Origin: Octopus vulgaris
Lineage: Eukaryota
Direction of reading: 5' to 3'
NCBI GenBank assembly: GCA_951406725.2
Contig: OX597819.1
Coordinates: forward strand, 128,092,001 to 128,156,000
DNA: 64,000 nt
Both the position numbers and the translations under genes were made by a program. This document shows, in pieces, positions 42,655-56,562 of this stretch. The notes under the pieces are model-generated. The model worked only from the letters and a program-made list of their open reading frames with translations, was not told where the DNA came from and ran no database searches. How positions within the stretch are numbered: position 1 is the first letter of the stretch; each line of letters starts with the position of its first letter.

Positions 42655-43279
42655 ATATATAAGTGTATCTGTTCAGTACATATGTATATATATCTAGTGT
42701 ATGTATATATGCATACTAAAGCACATCGACAAATGGAAACCTGGGACTCAGTACAGTTTTAAAGAAAAAAAACAATTAAATCTTAATATATCGAAATGTG
42801 TGTGAACTTGTGTTTTAATAAATTGATGTGTGTGTGTGTGTGTGTGAGTGTTGGTTTTCCTGCTATAAACTATTACAGTAGCTTACTCATGGGACACACC
42901 CTCACATTAGCAATGTGTACATAATCTGTGTTTGTTTGCAGCTATATTGCTATGCGTTTTATGAAAGTATGTACGCATACATAGAATAGTGATGGAGAAA
43001 GAGGGAAAGACAGAAACATGTATAAAGAGAAAAAGAGAGAAAGGCTGACAGACAGAGACTGGGAATTGGACTGTATGAATGCGGTTCCCGTTATTATTAC
43101 AAATATATGTAAATATCTGTCCGATTAGTTCGATATTTGACAACACATCTTTTCAATTATCCCATCACCGAGATTTCACGCATACACACACATACACTTA
43201 CGTAAATTCATAAGATAATTACATACACCATGGCTGTACATTCATACACGCAAATTTTTCTATATACATGCAAATTGTT

Positions 43280-43325
<46 letters not shown>

Positions 43326-43687
43326 AGGTGGGAGACAGAGTGAGGCGGATAGATAGGTTCATAGAGATATGTTTACGTATATATGCATATATACATGTAT
43401 ATATATATGTGTGTGTGAGTGTGTAAGAACATACGCACATATACACGCATGCATGTGTAAACACTTACACGTATATGTACATACGTGTATATTTATATGC
43501 ATGTATCTATATGAATATACACATTTGCATATTCATATATGTATATATATATATACACACACATATATATATATACATATATATATATGTATATATATAT
43601 GTATATATATATATGTATATATATATATGTATATTTATATGTATATATATATGCATATTTATATGTATATATATATATATGTATATT

Positions 43688-43737
<50 letters not shown>

Positions 43738-44430
43738 TATATTCGTATATAAGTGTATATTTGTATACACATACATACATACATACATACACACATACAC
43801 AACGGGGAAATATCTATGAATTGAATGTAAGAAAGCATTTCAAAATGTCACATCCTCCTGTTCGATTCGGTTGCATTGTGATAAATCTAAAATCAATGAA
43901 TTAGATAACTGGTAAACTGTGCAACAGCGATGAATTAAAAGTAGAAACAACATCTGTGACTCTGGACAAGCAATATTCGTTAGTTTGTCATCTCAAGGAA
44001 ATAGAAATAACACTGGCAGACCGGTCTCCTCAACCAGGCGGATTCGCTAGACTGACTTCCATAAATATATTTACGGCGCATGTGCCCCTACCGCCGGATA
44101 ATTCCGGTATTCTATTGTCGAAGCTGGTGTTATTATAATGATCGTTGAAACCGAAAGAAGAATAGTAACAACAGCAGCAACTGCAACAACAACAACAACA
44201 ACAACTACATTGGTTGATAATGACAATCTATAGGATAGGCACACGGCTAGGAATTTTGAAGTGATGGAGATCAAGTCTATTACAACGATCCCGGTACTTT
44301 ATCTTATCGACCCCGTGAGGATGAAATGCGAAGTCGACGTTGGCGGAAACTGGACTCAGGGTGTAAAGCTGGGAGAGAAGCAGCTAAGCATTTGGTCCAA
44401 CGTGCTATCGATTCTTCCAACTCACCAGTA

Positions 44431-44619
<189 letters not shown>

Positions 44620-44784
44620 AAACATAATTTTCGTACGGTTTTTTAGACATTCACTAGTACAACACAAAGTACAAAACCAAATATATGGCATCCTAGGCAT
44701 AACACCAACATGAACTTCCAGCTTGTTGTCTCTTGAGGGTGAGACTTGGAGCCAACTTGTAAAAATGTAAAGCAAAAGTCAAAC

Positions 44785-44815
<31 letters not shown>

Positions 44816-45374
44816 AATAATAATAACAATAATAATAATAATAATAGATGGGCTACAATAAATATTCTGCTCAATACCACAGATTTGCTTGTCAGTTGTT
44901 TGACCTTAATTAGTTGAGCATGTCCCTTGGTGACTGACGATATGTGCATCTCTGATCACGAACAGAAATAGTAGGAGAGCATCATAGCCATGCGTTGAGG
45001 GGATGAAAGGCTGAAAGTATGAAAGGCAAAGTCCACCTCGGCGGAATCAATGGCACAAAGCCAGCAAGTTAGGGTGAGGAGGGTAAGTCGAATTATTCGA
45101 CATTCACTGTTCAACTAGTACTTATTTCATCGACCTCGAAAGGATAAAAGGCAAAGTCGATCCCGGCGGTATTTGAACACAAGTTAAAATCGGAAGAAAT
45201 GCCGCTAAGCATTTTGTCCGGCAAAGTGACGATTCTTCCAGCTCACCGATCACAACTGCTTTTTCTGTTGCTGCTGTTGCTGTTGAGCAAAGCGGTCTTC
45301 GTCCCAGAGCTCGCAAGGTCGTGCCTCTGTAGTGGGAGAAGTCCGAAACGTGATCCTTTTCTATTCGTAAGATA

Positions 45375-45703
45375 CGCAGAAGAGAAAGCAGGTCAACCCC
45401 CGACACCGAGAGCATCGGCGGATGGATGAATGCGCATCAAGACTCAGCGGTTGCGTAGGAAGTCGGGGGACAAGAAACAGGAAGAAAGAGTGAGAGGAAG
45501 TTGGGGCGAAAGAGTACAAGAGGGGTCGCCAACACCCCCTGCCGGAGCCTCGTGCAGCTTTAGATGTTTTCTGATTTTTTATTACCCACAAGGGGCTCAG
45601 CTTTAGATGTTTTCGCTCAATAAACACTCCCGGTCTGGGAATCAAAATCGCGATCCTCCGACCGCGAGTCCGCTGCCCTAACCATTGGGTCATTGCGCCT
45701 CCA
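45375..45703 (-). mobile_element. SINE family B with a nested 26-nt family A 3' tip
   Basis: Reverse of the 7000 head; insert 45572-45597 flanked by a 17-bp TSD. Confidence 0.85.
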
Positions 45704-46115
45704 CTTCTGTTGCTGCTTTTCCTGCAGCTGATAAGCTCAATGACAACAATCACGGCAACGAAACAATATTCATATCTGATCCTAGCAGAGACCAGGAATT
45801 TGGAGTAGCTGGTAATATCGATTACAGCATTGAACTATTAGTTCATTTTATCGGTGGAATGAAAGGTAAATTTGACCGCGGCAGAAGGTAAAGTGTCGGA
45901 AAAAATATCACGCGATATTTTGTCTGATTCCATAAGGATTCTACCAATCCACCACCGTTTTAACATTTTGTAATTGAGGCACAACGCCTGGAATTTCGGA
46001 AAGCAGAGCTATTTGATTAAATCAACCCACGTACTTTGATTTATGGATCTTGAAAAATGAAAGGCATTCTTCTGAGATATACTCACACACACTTACGTAT
46101 ATGTGAGTGTATCTA

Positions 46116-46168
<53 letters not shown>

Positions 46169-46393
46169 TAAAAATTGAGGGAGATAAATTAATATTAATT
46201 TTAATATCAATTTAAAACCAGTAGTCCAGCATTTATGCAAGTAATTCTTTTGTTAAGACCGAAACCGAGGTATGCATTTAAGTCTGTTTTTTATTTAATT
46301 TTTCATATGTCCTGCCCGCCAAAGTTGGTTCTGGTGTTCGCTGAATTCTTCCTCTAGAGAATTTCCCTTGTAGTTTGATCGTTGATGATCTCC

Positions 46394-46429
<36 letters not shown>

Positions 46430-46767
46430 AGAGAGAGAGAGAAAGAGATAGATGTTACATATAAATTTACTTGAACATATGCATGTATATATATTTACAG
46501 ACACACATACATATATAGATCGCTCTCAGACGCAAGCAGACACAAACACACACACATGTATACTCAGATGCACGATTATACACATACAGATATATATATG
46601 TAATTATGCGTATGTTCCGGCGAGTATTTACAGCTACAAGTGAAATTGTGGGTGATAAGGGCACTTCTAAATCTGGAATGCGATTGATTGAATATAATTC
46701 TTAACGCTTCTATTTCCTATGTAATAACTGTTTGGTTGGATTACCGATTATTACTTTTTATATAGAT

Positions 46768-47188
46768 AGGCGTAGGAGTGGCTGTGTGTTAAGTAGCTTG
46801 TTTACTAACCACATGGTTCCGGGTTCAGTCCCACTACGTTGCAGCTTGGACAAGTGTCTTCTACTATAGCCTCGGGCCGACCAAAGCCTTGTGAGTGGAT
46901 TTGGTAGACGGAAACTGAAAGAAGCCCATCGTATATATGTATATATATGCATGTGTGTGTTTGTGTGTCTGTGTTTGTCCCCCTAGCATTGCTTGACAAC
47001 CAATGCTGGTGTGTTTATGTCCCCGTTACCTAGCGGTTCAGCGTAGGGGACCGATAGAAGAAGTACTGGACTTACAAAAGAATGAGTCCTGGGGTCGAGT
47101 TGCTCGATTAAAAAAGTAAAAAAAAAAGAAGGCGGTGCTCCAGCATGGCCGCAGTCAAAATGACTGAAACAAGTAAAAGAGTAAGAGT
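46768..47188 (+). mobile_element. SINE family D, full length
   Basis: Matches 31145-31552 reversed. Further partial copies at ~14443-14575, 33667-33862, 48077-48350 and 50853-51090. Confidence 0.9.
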
Positions 47189-47250
47189 ATATATTATTCG
47201 AGTCTCATTGCACCTGAAGAAATGAAATGTGTGTGTGTGTGTGTGTGTGT

Positions 47251-47284
<34 letters not shown>

Positions 47285-47573
47285 GTATATGTATATATAT
47301 GTATGTATGTATATATATATATACACACATACATATGTGTATGTGTATATATATATATATATATAAATTAGAAAAAAAACACCTTTTATCAATTTAAAAT
47401 GAACAATTAAATTACATCATCTACAAAATTACATATAATAGAAATATTAAAATTAAAATAACAATAACAATAATATACCGATGATTAAGTAAATTGCAAA
47501 AAAAAACGTATATAATTGGCATACGTATATGTATGTATGTAAGTATGTATATATGTATATATGTATATATATG

Positions 47574-47617
<44 letters not shown>

Positions 47618-48647
47618 CATATTTATATACATGTATACATATATATATACATTCATACGTATATATATATACGTATGCATATATATCGGTGTGAGTGTGT
47701 GTGTATGTGTTTGTGTCTGTGTGTTTGTAAATTCACAGTCATGTCTAAGTTTGTGATACTTAGTAATAGTTTTGAAAAGTAATTATGATAAACAATCATT
47801 GTAATTTAGACAACACATTTGGGTCCAGCCAGAAGAGTGAGTGAGAATATTATAATAAACGTATTAGAAATATGTTCACAATGTTTAGGCCAAATTGTGT
47901 ACATATCCACAATCAAGACGTACACATATGCATCCGCACACATAATTATAAATATAGTTCATAGATGAGATCCAAATGTTCTCCGTATAGAATACACTTT
48001 GTAGTGCTCAAGAGATTTACACTTGAGCGGGTAGACAGATCAATTTATAAAGTATCATCAATTTATAAAGTATCATAGGCGCAGGAGTGGGTGTGTGGTA
48101 AGTAGGTTCTACTAGAGCCTCGGGCCGACCAAAGCCTTTTGAGTGGATTTGGTAGACGGAAACTGAAAGAAGCCCGTCGTATATATGTATATATATATAT
48201 GTGTGTGTGTTTGTGTGTCTGTGTTTGTCCCCCCAAAATCGCTTGACAACCGATGCTGGTATGTTTACGTCCCCGTCACTTAGCGGTTCGGTAAAAGAGA
48301 CCGATAGAATAAGTACTAGGCTTACAAAGAAGTCCTGGGGGTCGATTTCCTATGTATCGGATCTTCTTATATGAATGCATATATACATTTTTTGTATTTC
48401 ATGTATTTAGTGTACTTTATATATTGATCTGTCTAACTTGCTTTCCCTACATTGACTTCCATAATCATATATATATGTACATGTTTATCAATGTTTACAT
48501 ATCTATGTGCTGTGTGTTGTGTATATTAGCGTATGCTTACATATTTGAAAAATTCAAACAGTTATTATGATGAACAGGTAATACTGCATATACTTTATAC
48601 GCACTTTTGACAAGTTGTGGTGCACCTGAGCACTGTATACAATAATT

Positions 48648-48711
<64 letters not shown>

Positions 48712-48766
48712 TTCAGTAGACAAATGTTGACATGCGCACAACCATATTTATGAGTATGTGTATAAT

Positions 48767-48802
<36 letters not shown>

Positions 48803-49443
48803 TAAATAGAGACAGACAGACAGACGGATAGACAGATAGATAGACCGATAGATAGGGACATATACTTTATTAGAGCACATAAATTTCTATATAACTGTAC
48901 TATCACCTGATGTTAAAATCGACAAATAAATACATATATTCTTGTTTGCAAATCTTAAAAGGATAATAGTATATCATAATGTCATAATGTTTCATTTATT
49001 TCAAAATTCACTACTGTATCATCACCACATCTTATTTTGAAACAGATAGTGATAGGAATGTACACATATAAGGCTAATGATGTCAATATCTCTTTGAAAA
49101 TCAAAGGTAATAGGATGACTATGAACAACTGCTTTGAAACCTTCAGCTTCAATATCCAAAATATAAATTTACATTTATATCAATAATTATTGATGACTTG
49201 GTTTTGTAAGTAAATACCTAAGTGATAATCTGGATAATCTAGGATTTTGAGAAATCAACCAGCCGACTTGGAAATTACAAATATAGTCTGTAAACAGAAC
49301 AGTAAAAATATGTAAGACGTTTCTCAATTTTGTTATTTGACATTGTTTTTATTATCTACATTCTAACGATGGAGCTTTGTATCATTGTTAAAGACCAGCT
49401 CCTTCATCAGAGGCAAAACTTACATAATTAAACAGTAGAGAAA

Positions 49444-49484
<41 letters not shown>

Positions 49485-49486
<2 letters not shown>

Positions 49487-49713
49487 GGAGTAAACACATA
49501 AATGTGAAACAAGGTGGAAAAAAAGAGTACTCAAATACCAGTGGTAGAGTAATATGCTTTATTTAAAGCAACAGAAAATTCAACAAAATCTGTTACTCTG
49601 AGTTTCTCGTTGCCGTTCATCAGACAATCAGACAGTAACAAAAACTGTCTGATGAACGGCAACGAGAAACTCAGATGACAGATTTTGTTGAATTTTCTCC
49701 TGCTTTAAATAAA

Positions 49714-49714
<1 letters not shown>
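49485..49714. mobile_element. Fold-back element, class I, between two (TA)n tracts
   Basis: ~70-bp arms 49557-49626 / 49646-49714, each containing a hammerhead motif. Confidence 0.85.
49590..49626 (-). ncRNA. Minimal type I hammerhead ribozyme
   Basis: UGU-CUGAUGA-ACG-GCAA-CGA-GAAA-CUCAGAG-UA-ACA: full core, GNRA-capped stem II, GUA cleavage triplet. Confidence 0.8.
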
Positions 49715-49772
<58 letters not shown>

Positions 49773-50517
49773 GTGTGTGTGTGTGTGTGTATACGTGTAT
49801 ATATATATATATGGATATATATGTATATACATATATGGATATAAATATACCTACATGCATACATACATACATACACACTAACATATTCTATCGATCTCTT
49901 TTTGTCAAACGTAAACAAGCCAACACCGCTTTTTAAGTTATGACGGGAGACAAACTCATACACACACGCATACACACATACGCACACGCACATACACACA
50001 CAAATATGCATATATATATATATATATATGAATATACATAGGTGTGTGTTTTTATGTGCGCGTGTGTGTAAGAGTGTGTGGATGTGTGTGTACTTTTTAT
50101 AAGGGTCTGTTTATCTGGTACCCTTTGTTCCTCATTATCTTATATTCGCACACTCAATTACACACACATATACCCGTGCACATACATCCACACACACACA
50201 CACATGTATATCTTGGTATATGTATATTATTATTTTGCTGTGATTCAGCGATTGCCTGCTATCTAGTGTCGGGTCCTAAAGTGTATATTCGCTTAAATCG
50301 CCAACTGTTTCTCTTTCTTCCTCTCTTTTTCTCTTTACTTATGTGTATGTATATGTACATTTGCACCTATACGCACCTGTATTCATATTCTTTAATATGA
50401 ATTGTCGGATTTTTTTCTAGATTTTTTTCACTATAAGAAACTTATGTACACACTCATGCACACACACATTCGTGAGTGATACATGCAATTATGTACTTAT
50501 ATATACATGTACACACA

Positions 50518-50570
<53 letters not shown>

Positions 50571-50589
50571 ACAAACATATATATATATC

Positions 50590-50770
50590 TTTTCTACTCG
50601 AGGTACAAAGCTCGAAATTTTGGGAGACGGGGCCAGTTGATTAGATCGATCAAATACGCAACTGATAATTTATCGACCCCGAAAGGATGAAAGGTAAAGT
50701 CGACCTCGGCGGAATTTGAACTCAGGACGTAACGGCAGACGAAATATGGCTACGCATTTCGGCCGGCGTG

Positions 50771-50772
<2 letters not shown>
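50590..50772 (-). mobile_element. SINE family A, head truncated by (TA)n
   Basis: Central block matches 465-570. Confidence 0.8.
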
Positions 50773-50851
<79 letters not shown>

Positions 50852-51146
50852 TACATCGGTTGTCAAGCGGTGGTGGGGGCGGGACAAAGGCAGATAAACA
50901 AATACATGCATATATATACATATATACGACGGGCTTCTTCCAGTTTCCGTTGACGAAATTCACTCACAAGGCTTTGGTCAACCTGAAGCTTTAGCAGAAG
51001 ACACTTGCCCAAGGTACCACTCAGTTGGACTGAACCCGGAACCATGTGGTTGGTAAGCAGCCTTCTTACCACACATCCACGAATGCGCCTATGTATATAT
51101 ATATATATATAGATAAGAAAGTTTGTTTGGTAAAGCACGTGGGTGA

Positions 51147-51484
51147 ATATATAAGAAAATAGTAAAGTGTGAAAAAACGACAGAAGGTTTAAATGTTAAA
51201 AAATATATATATTTGTGTCAAAATGTCTGGAGAATATTGGAAAAATTTTTTTTTTTTTTTTTTTTTCCCTTTCCTTAAAATGACATAATTTTAAAATTTT
51301 TAAAGAAATTACCGGTTTCGCGTGTAGCTTTTCAAATTTCTTGAAAATTTTAAAATTATGTCATTTTAAGGAAAGGGAAAAAAAAAAAAAAAAATTTTTC
51401 CAATATTCTCCAGACATTTTGACACAAATATATATATTTTTTAACATTTAAGCCTTCTGTCGTTTTTTCACACTTTACTATTTT

Positions 51485-51494
<10 letters not shown>
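51147..51494. mobile_element. Near-perfect ~160-bp-arm palindrome with a hammerhead-like motif at its centre
   Basis: Arms 51147-51309 / 51336-51494. Confidence 0.85.
51305..51340 (-). ncRNA. Minimal type I hammerhead-like ribozyme, U3-A8 variant
   Basis: GAAAU-UUGAAAA-GC-UACAC-GC-GAAA-CCGG-UA-AUUUC. Confidence 0.65.
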
Positions 51495-51524
<30 letters not shown>

Positions 51525-51528
<4 letters not shown>

Positions 51529-53528
51529 TTAGATATGTTTCGACCAGAGATTGGTCCAGGCCATGTCTAACTTAATATTATTCGAATCCTGTTTAAGTCA
51601 AGTTTTGTTCAAGTAGTGAGTTCTTGTTGGGTGAGTTGTATCCAATTATGGGTCGCTTATCTGGTATTCTTTGAAGGAATCTATCCAGACTCTGTTTGAA
51701 GTTGATGGGGTCCTTTTCCTCTTTGATCTCCCTCGGGACAATGTTAAATAGGGCAGGGCCTGTTGAGGAAAAGAAATTATGTTGCAGTGTACATGTATGT
51801 TGTGATCTTGAATTTGGCAGGGGACGTATAGCCCGTGGTCCAAGTCTTGGATGAACCTTGAAGCTAATGTTTAGGTCGTTTGGGCAAAGTTGGCGGTATA
51901 TTTTCCACATCGTACAAATGATGTACCGCTCACGGCGACGCTGGAGGGAGTAAAGTTTCAAGGCTTTAAGGCGATCCCAATAATCGAGAGCATCCATGCC
52001 TTCAATTTGTTTAGTGAGAGCCCTCTGGGGTGACTCAATTCTGGAGATGTTTTGTCTTGTGTGAGGAGACCACAGTGGGCAGCAGTATTCAAGGTGTGGC
52101 CGTACAAAGGAGGAAAAAAGTGGTATGATGACACCTTGTTCTCTGGACCGGAAAGTTCTTAAGATCCAGGAACTCATCCTACGAGCTATATCGACCTTCT
52201 TGTTGATGTGTGCACTCCAACTGAGATCGTCATCAACAATTACACCCAGGTCTCTGATATTGTTAGAGGCTGTGAGCGGTTCCCCTGAAGGAAGAGAGTA
52301 TGGTTGTTTTAGTGAGGAATTTCTTCCAAATTGCATCAGCTCAAATTTTCCCTCATTCAGTTGCATTTTGTTTCTGTCTGCCCATTGACTCACAGCATAT
52401 AGATCAGACTGGAGTTGAGTTCGGTCTGCTTCTTCATTGACGGTTTGCTGGAGCTTAGTGTCATCAGCGAATATTTTCACTTTGCAGTGATGTACGACAC
52501 TGGAAAGGTCGTTTACGTAAATTATGAAGAGTAGCGGACCCAAAACAGTTCCCTGGGGAACACCGCTGGTGACTTTTGCTGGGTTTGAGTGGACTCCATC
52601 AACTACAACATGTTGTGTTCTATTCGCCAGGAAATACTGAATCCAGCGTAGAACTTTTCCACGGATTCCAACATTTGCCAATTTTGAGAGTAGGATGTTA
52701 TGGTCTACCCTGTCGAACGCTTTACTGAAGTCAAGATATATGACGTCAGAGTTCGAACCTGTTCCCAAGGCTTTGAGTACATCTTCAATGTGGTGTAAGA
52801 GCTGTGTTAGACAGTCCCTGCCACAGCGAAAGCCATGCTGATTTGAATTTAGGAGTTTGTGGGTCTCCAGGAAGTCAGCTATCCTTGATCTTAACACTCT
52901 TTCAAACACTTTAATGATGTGGGAGGTGAGTGAGATTGGGCGATAGTTGACTGCGAGGGATCTGTTTCCCTGTTTGAAAACCGGGATGACCGACTGGGAT
53001 AGAAACTGTTTCGGTATATAACCTGCGTCTAACGAGTTTCTCCAGAGGTTGGTCAGAGGGACTGCAAGTTGATATCTACATTCCTTCAGGAGACTAGCGG
53101 GAAATCTATCAGGGCCTACAACAGAGTAATGTTTGACCTCATTTATTGCTGCTACGATGTCGGTGGCAGTGAAGGTTATGTCTGCGATTTTGTGTTGGGA
53201 GTCAACTTCGTTCGTTTCCCTCACATCAATATCAGTGGGAACACTGAAGACAGAGCAGTATTGTTTCTGCAGTATTTCTGCCATTTCTTTAGCATCGTGT
53301 TGGGGAATGCCGTTATCATCAACCAATGACCCAATGGGTGAGACAGTGGTTCTATGCTTATTTGCATAAGAATAGAACACTTTTGGGTTCTGTTTGATGT
53401 TTTTGATTACCCATTGTTCCTCCACAGCTCTTTGATTTTCAATGGAGGTTTTCATGTTAGTCTGCAGATGAAGTTTTTCCAGCTCTAGTCTTTTCATTGT
53501 TGTTGAATGTGGATGTTGTGTGTGGGAA
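51525..53528 (-). mobile_element. 5'-truncated CR1/L2-group LINE; uninterrupted ORF2 RT and C-terminal region, stop at 51593
   Basis: NYRPISLTSHIIKVFER, QHGFR, YLDFSKAFDRVDH, SGVPQGTVLGPLLF, FADD, RDLGV, RPHLEYCCPLWSP, SLQRRRERY; no endonuclease domain; (TA)n on both sides. Confidence 0.95.
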
Positions 53529-53556
53529 TATATATATATATATATATAAATATAAA

Positions 53557-53880
53557 AAATTAGAAAAAACCCACCTTTTATCAATTCAAAATGAACAATT
53601 ATATTACACCATCTAGAAAATTACATATGAAATATAGTCTTTTCTAGATGGTTTAGGAATATCCTTCAATAATGAATTCTAAAAGAATGGTTCTATTTTA
53701 CCTGTAAGTTCCATAATCGACGATAATGAGGGTAATTTCTCAGAAACGCTAGTTATAAATATAATAATAATTATTATTATTTGAGGGAATAAAATCCAAA
53801 CTTACAAGGAAAAAAATTCAATTTAGAAATACTAGAATTTTTTTCCTTGTATGTTTGGATTTTATTCCCTCAAATAATAA
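53557..53880. mobile_element. TA-adjacent repeat with fold-back end
   Basis: Arms 53774-53819 / 53835-53880; related to 22225-22300 and 22324-22395. Confidence 0.65.
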
Positions 53881-54552
53881 TTATATGTATGTATGTATAT
53901 ATATATAACGTGTAATTTCTTTCGTATATGTTTGTTTTAGTATATATGCATTTCTGAAAGGTAATTTAAGGCGCACTGGCAGAATAGTTACCAAGCAGGA
54001 CAAAATGTTTAACACCAATTTGTCTTAATATTCTGACTTTAAATGCTGCCAAGGTCAAGTTTGCATTACATCCTTTTGGATTCGATAAATAATTACTATG
54101 TAAGACTTGGGGTCGATGTAATCAACTTTCCCACTACTTAAAATTATTGGCCTTGTACCAAAAATGGGAGCAAAGGCTATTTCATACGCTTCACGCGATA
54201 CAGTTCATTTATACATGTGTTGGTATATTTCAGAAGAAATTTGCCTTAATTAATAAGATCTGGATTACGAGTAACTCAAACGAATTATGAGTTATGTAAA
54301 TTTTACATCTTATTTTTTAATGATTGGATACCAGTAATAATTTACGATAATTACAACAAAAGCAATATGAATATACACACATACACAAACATATGCGTGT
54401 ATGTATATATATATATATATAAAAACATACTATTTTCCTGCCTCTCCTACTAACGGCGTTACACTATTGTATCTCTGTCTATGCCATACAATAACTATGT
54501 TGCCTGAGATACACCAGCACATTACACATTATCTCTCCCCCTCTCTCTCTCC

Positions 54553-54592
<40 letters not shown>

Positions 54593-54593
<1 letters not shown>

Positions 54594-54830
54594 TATTTGA
54601 GGGAAACCACTATGTGGCCACCCTTATGCTAGAATAGATCCGCTATGGTCTTACCACTAAGAAATGTTCTCAAGAAAAATTTAGCAAAACAACCAAAACG
54701 TAATCGAGCAAGACAAAAGAAAAAGCAACAGCTAAAAGCAAAAAGAAAAAGACAAAAGAAGATAAAAGCAAGACCATAGCGTATCTATTTCTAGGATAAT
54801 GGTGTCCACATAAGGGTTTCCCTCTAATAT
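54593..54830. mobile_element. Fold-back element, class II-like
   Basis: ~60-bp imperfect arms 54593-54652 / 54770-54830 containing GAGGG..ACC..ATGCTAGAA(A)TAG. Confidence 0.65.
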
Positions 54831-56214
54831 GTATATAATACAATTTTACTGAACCTTCATTTTTTTTTATATGCTAGACCACTGGTGTGAAATCGATGTT
54901 GATTGAATTAATATCTAATTTAAATGTGATTTGTCTGTAATCTGTAGTCGAGCGATTATGTCGAATTATATAACTTATACTTCTATATTGTATCAGTTGG
55001 AAGAATAAAAGTTGATATTTAAATATTTATATTTAAGCATTTATAAACCTAATATACGGACACATTTCAGTTGATGTCCTTCTGGGCTGACTTTGCATTT
55101 TATGTTTCCTAAATGACAAGTAAAGTTATGGTGCCAACATAATCGTTTATACACTTTTTACCAACAATTTATTATGTGCTTATAAAGAAAATCAATAATT
55201 TACACATATCTCCTTCTGGCCGACGAGACACGGCATATCAAAACACTTGTCCCAGAATGCCGTGCGCCAATGAGCCGAGTATGTTTAAACTCTGAAGTCC
55301 TTCTCCTATGACTTACAATGCAGAGACCAGCATGTTTGCGTTTGAACCTGCCTCTACGTGTTAAGAATAAATATGCGAACGTCTACGAAAAACAAATCAT
55401 GATTGTCGAATATATGACGAGCATTTATTCGGTCGTTGTTGTTGTTTAACACCAAGCTAGTTGTGATCAAATACGTTCCACACATGATCATCGAAACTTT
55501 CTTGTTAATCTAAGGCTACATCGTCAAATGTGTTCTTTTCTTTGTTTTGTTTCTTTTCGTAAAGGATATTGCTTGATTTGAGACAAAAGTTGTTACTATT
55601 CTGAAAAGGTCGAGGAACAACATAGAGTTAAAAGCTGATGCTTGTTTAATGAAGAAAATAAGCTACCATGGATTTTGGAAAATTAATAATGGTTAAAATG
55701 TAAATACCCATAAAATTCCTAGTGTTTAAAATAGGAAACATTAGTATCAAATGTTATTCATTCCTTTAGTAATCCCTTGAAAGGTTCATTTCCCTCACAA
55801 AGTTTTATCATATATTGAAACCTTTTTTACAGCATAGTACACAAGCGCTTAGGTAAATAAATCATTTGTATAGAAGTTTCCGTTATTACAGTTTAGCAAG
55901 CACATCTGAATTTTAACGACACATGATATTATGAAAGCCGGCTTAACTGGGCAGCAAAATGTTTTCCTTTTTCCTAAATTTTTATATCTTAATATAATAT
56001 ATTGTGTTGATCCTTTATTTAATGAATTATTGGGCTAATTGTTTTACGTTAATTAAATTGATATATTTAAATAAATCTACAATTTTTTAGCAAGTGGTTA
56101 CTTATTTTAGTTAACTGACATAGTATGACTATTCACTTTACTAATGAATTAACATTTCTCATCAACATATAGAACTGGAAGTTCACATGGCCTCCTTTGC
56201 AGCTTACAGTATAT

Positions 56215-56562
56215 ATTTCTTTACCACCCACAAGGGGCTAAACACAGAGTGGGAAAACAAGGACAGACAAAAGGATTAAGTCGATTACATCGACCCTAGT
56301 GCGTAACTGGTACTTACTTTATCGACCCCGAAAGGATGAAAGGCAAAGTCGACCTCGGCGGAAATTGAACTCAGAACGTAGCAGCAGACGAAATACCTAT
56401 TTCTTTACTACCTACAAGGGGCTAAACATAGAGGACAGGCAAGGATAGATACACGGATTAAGTCGATTACATCGAACCCAATGCATAACTGGTACTTAAT
56501 TTATCGACCCCGAAAGGATGAAAGGCAAAGTCGACCTCGGCGGAATTATTTATCGACCCCGA
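56215..56562 (-). mobile_element. Head-less concatemer of SINE family A inside a single 17-bp TSD
   Basis: TSD tgcagcttacagtatat at 56198-56214 and 56563-56579. Confidence 0.88.

Noticed and set aside
49362-49413. CTGATGA with a GGAGCT/AGCTCC stem on the minus strand
   Set aside because: GAAA is missing and stem I is weak; at most a dead hammerhead relic.
53529-53584. Annotated start of the 663-aa ORF
   Set aside because: The N-terminal MIKGGFFLIFYIYIYI comes from the adjacent repeat and (TA)n; the LINE is 5'-truncated.
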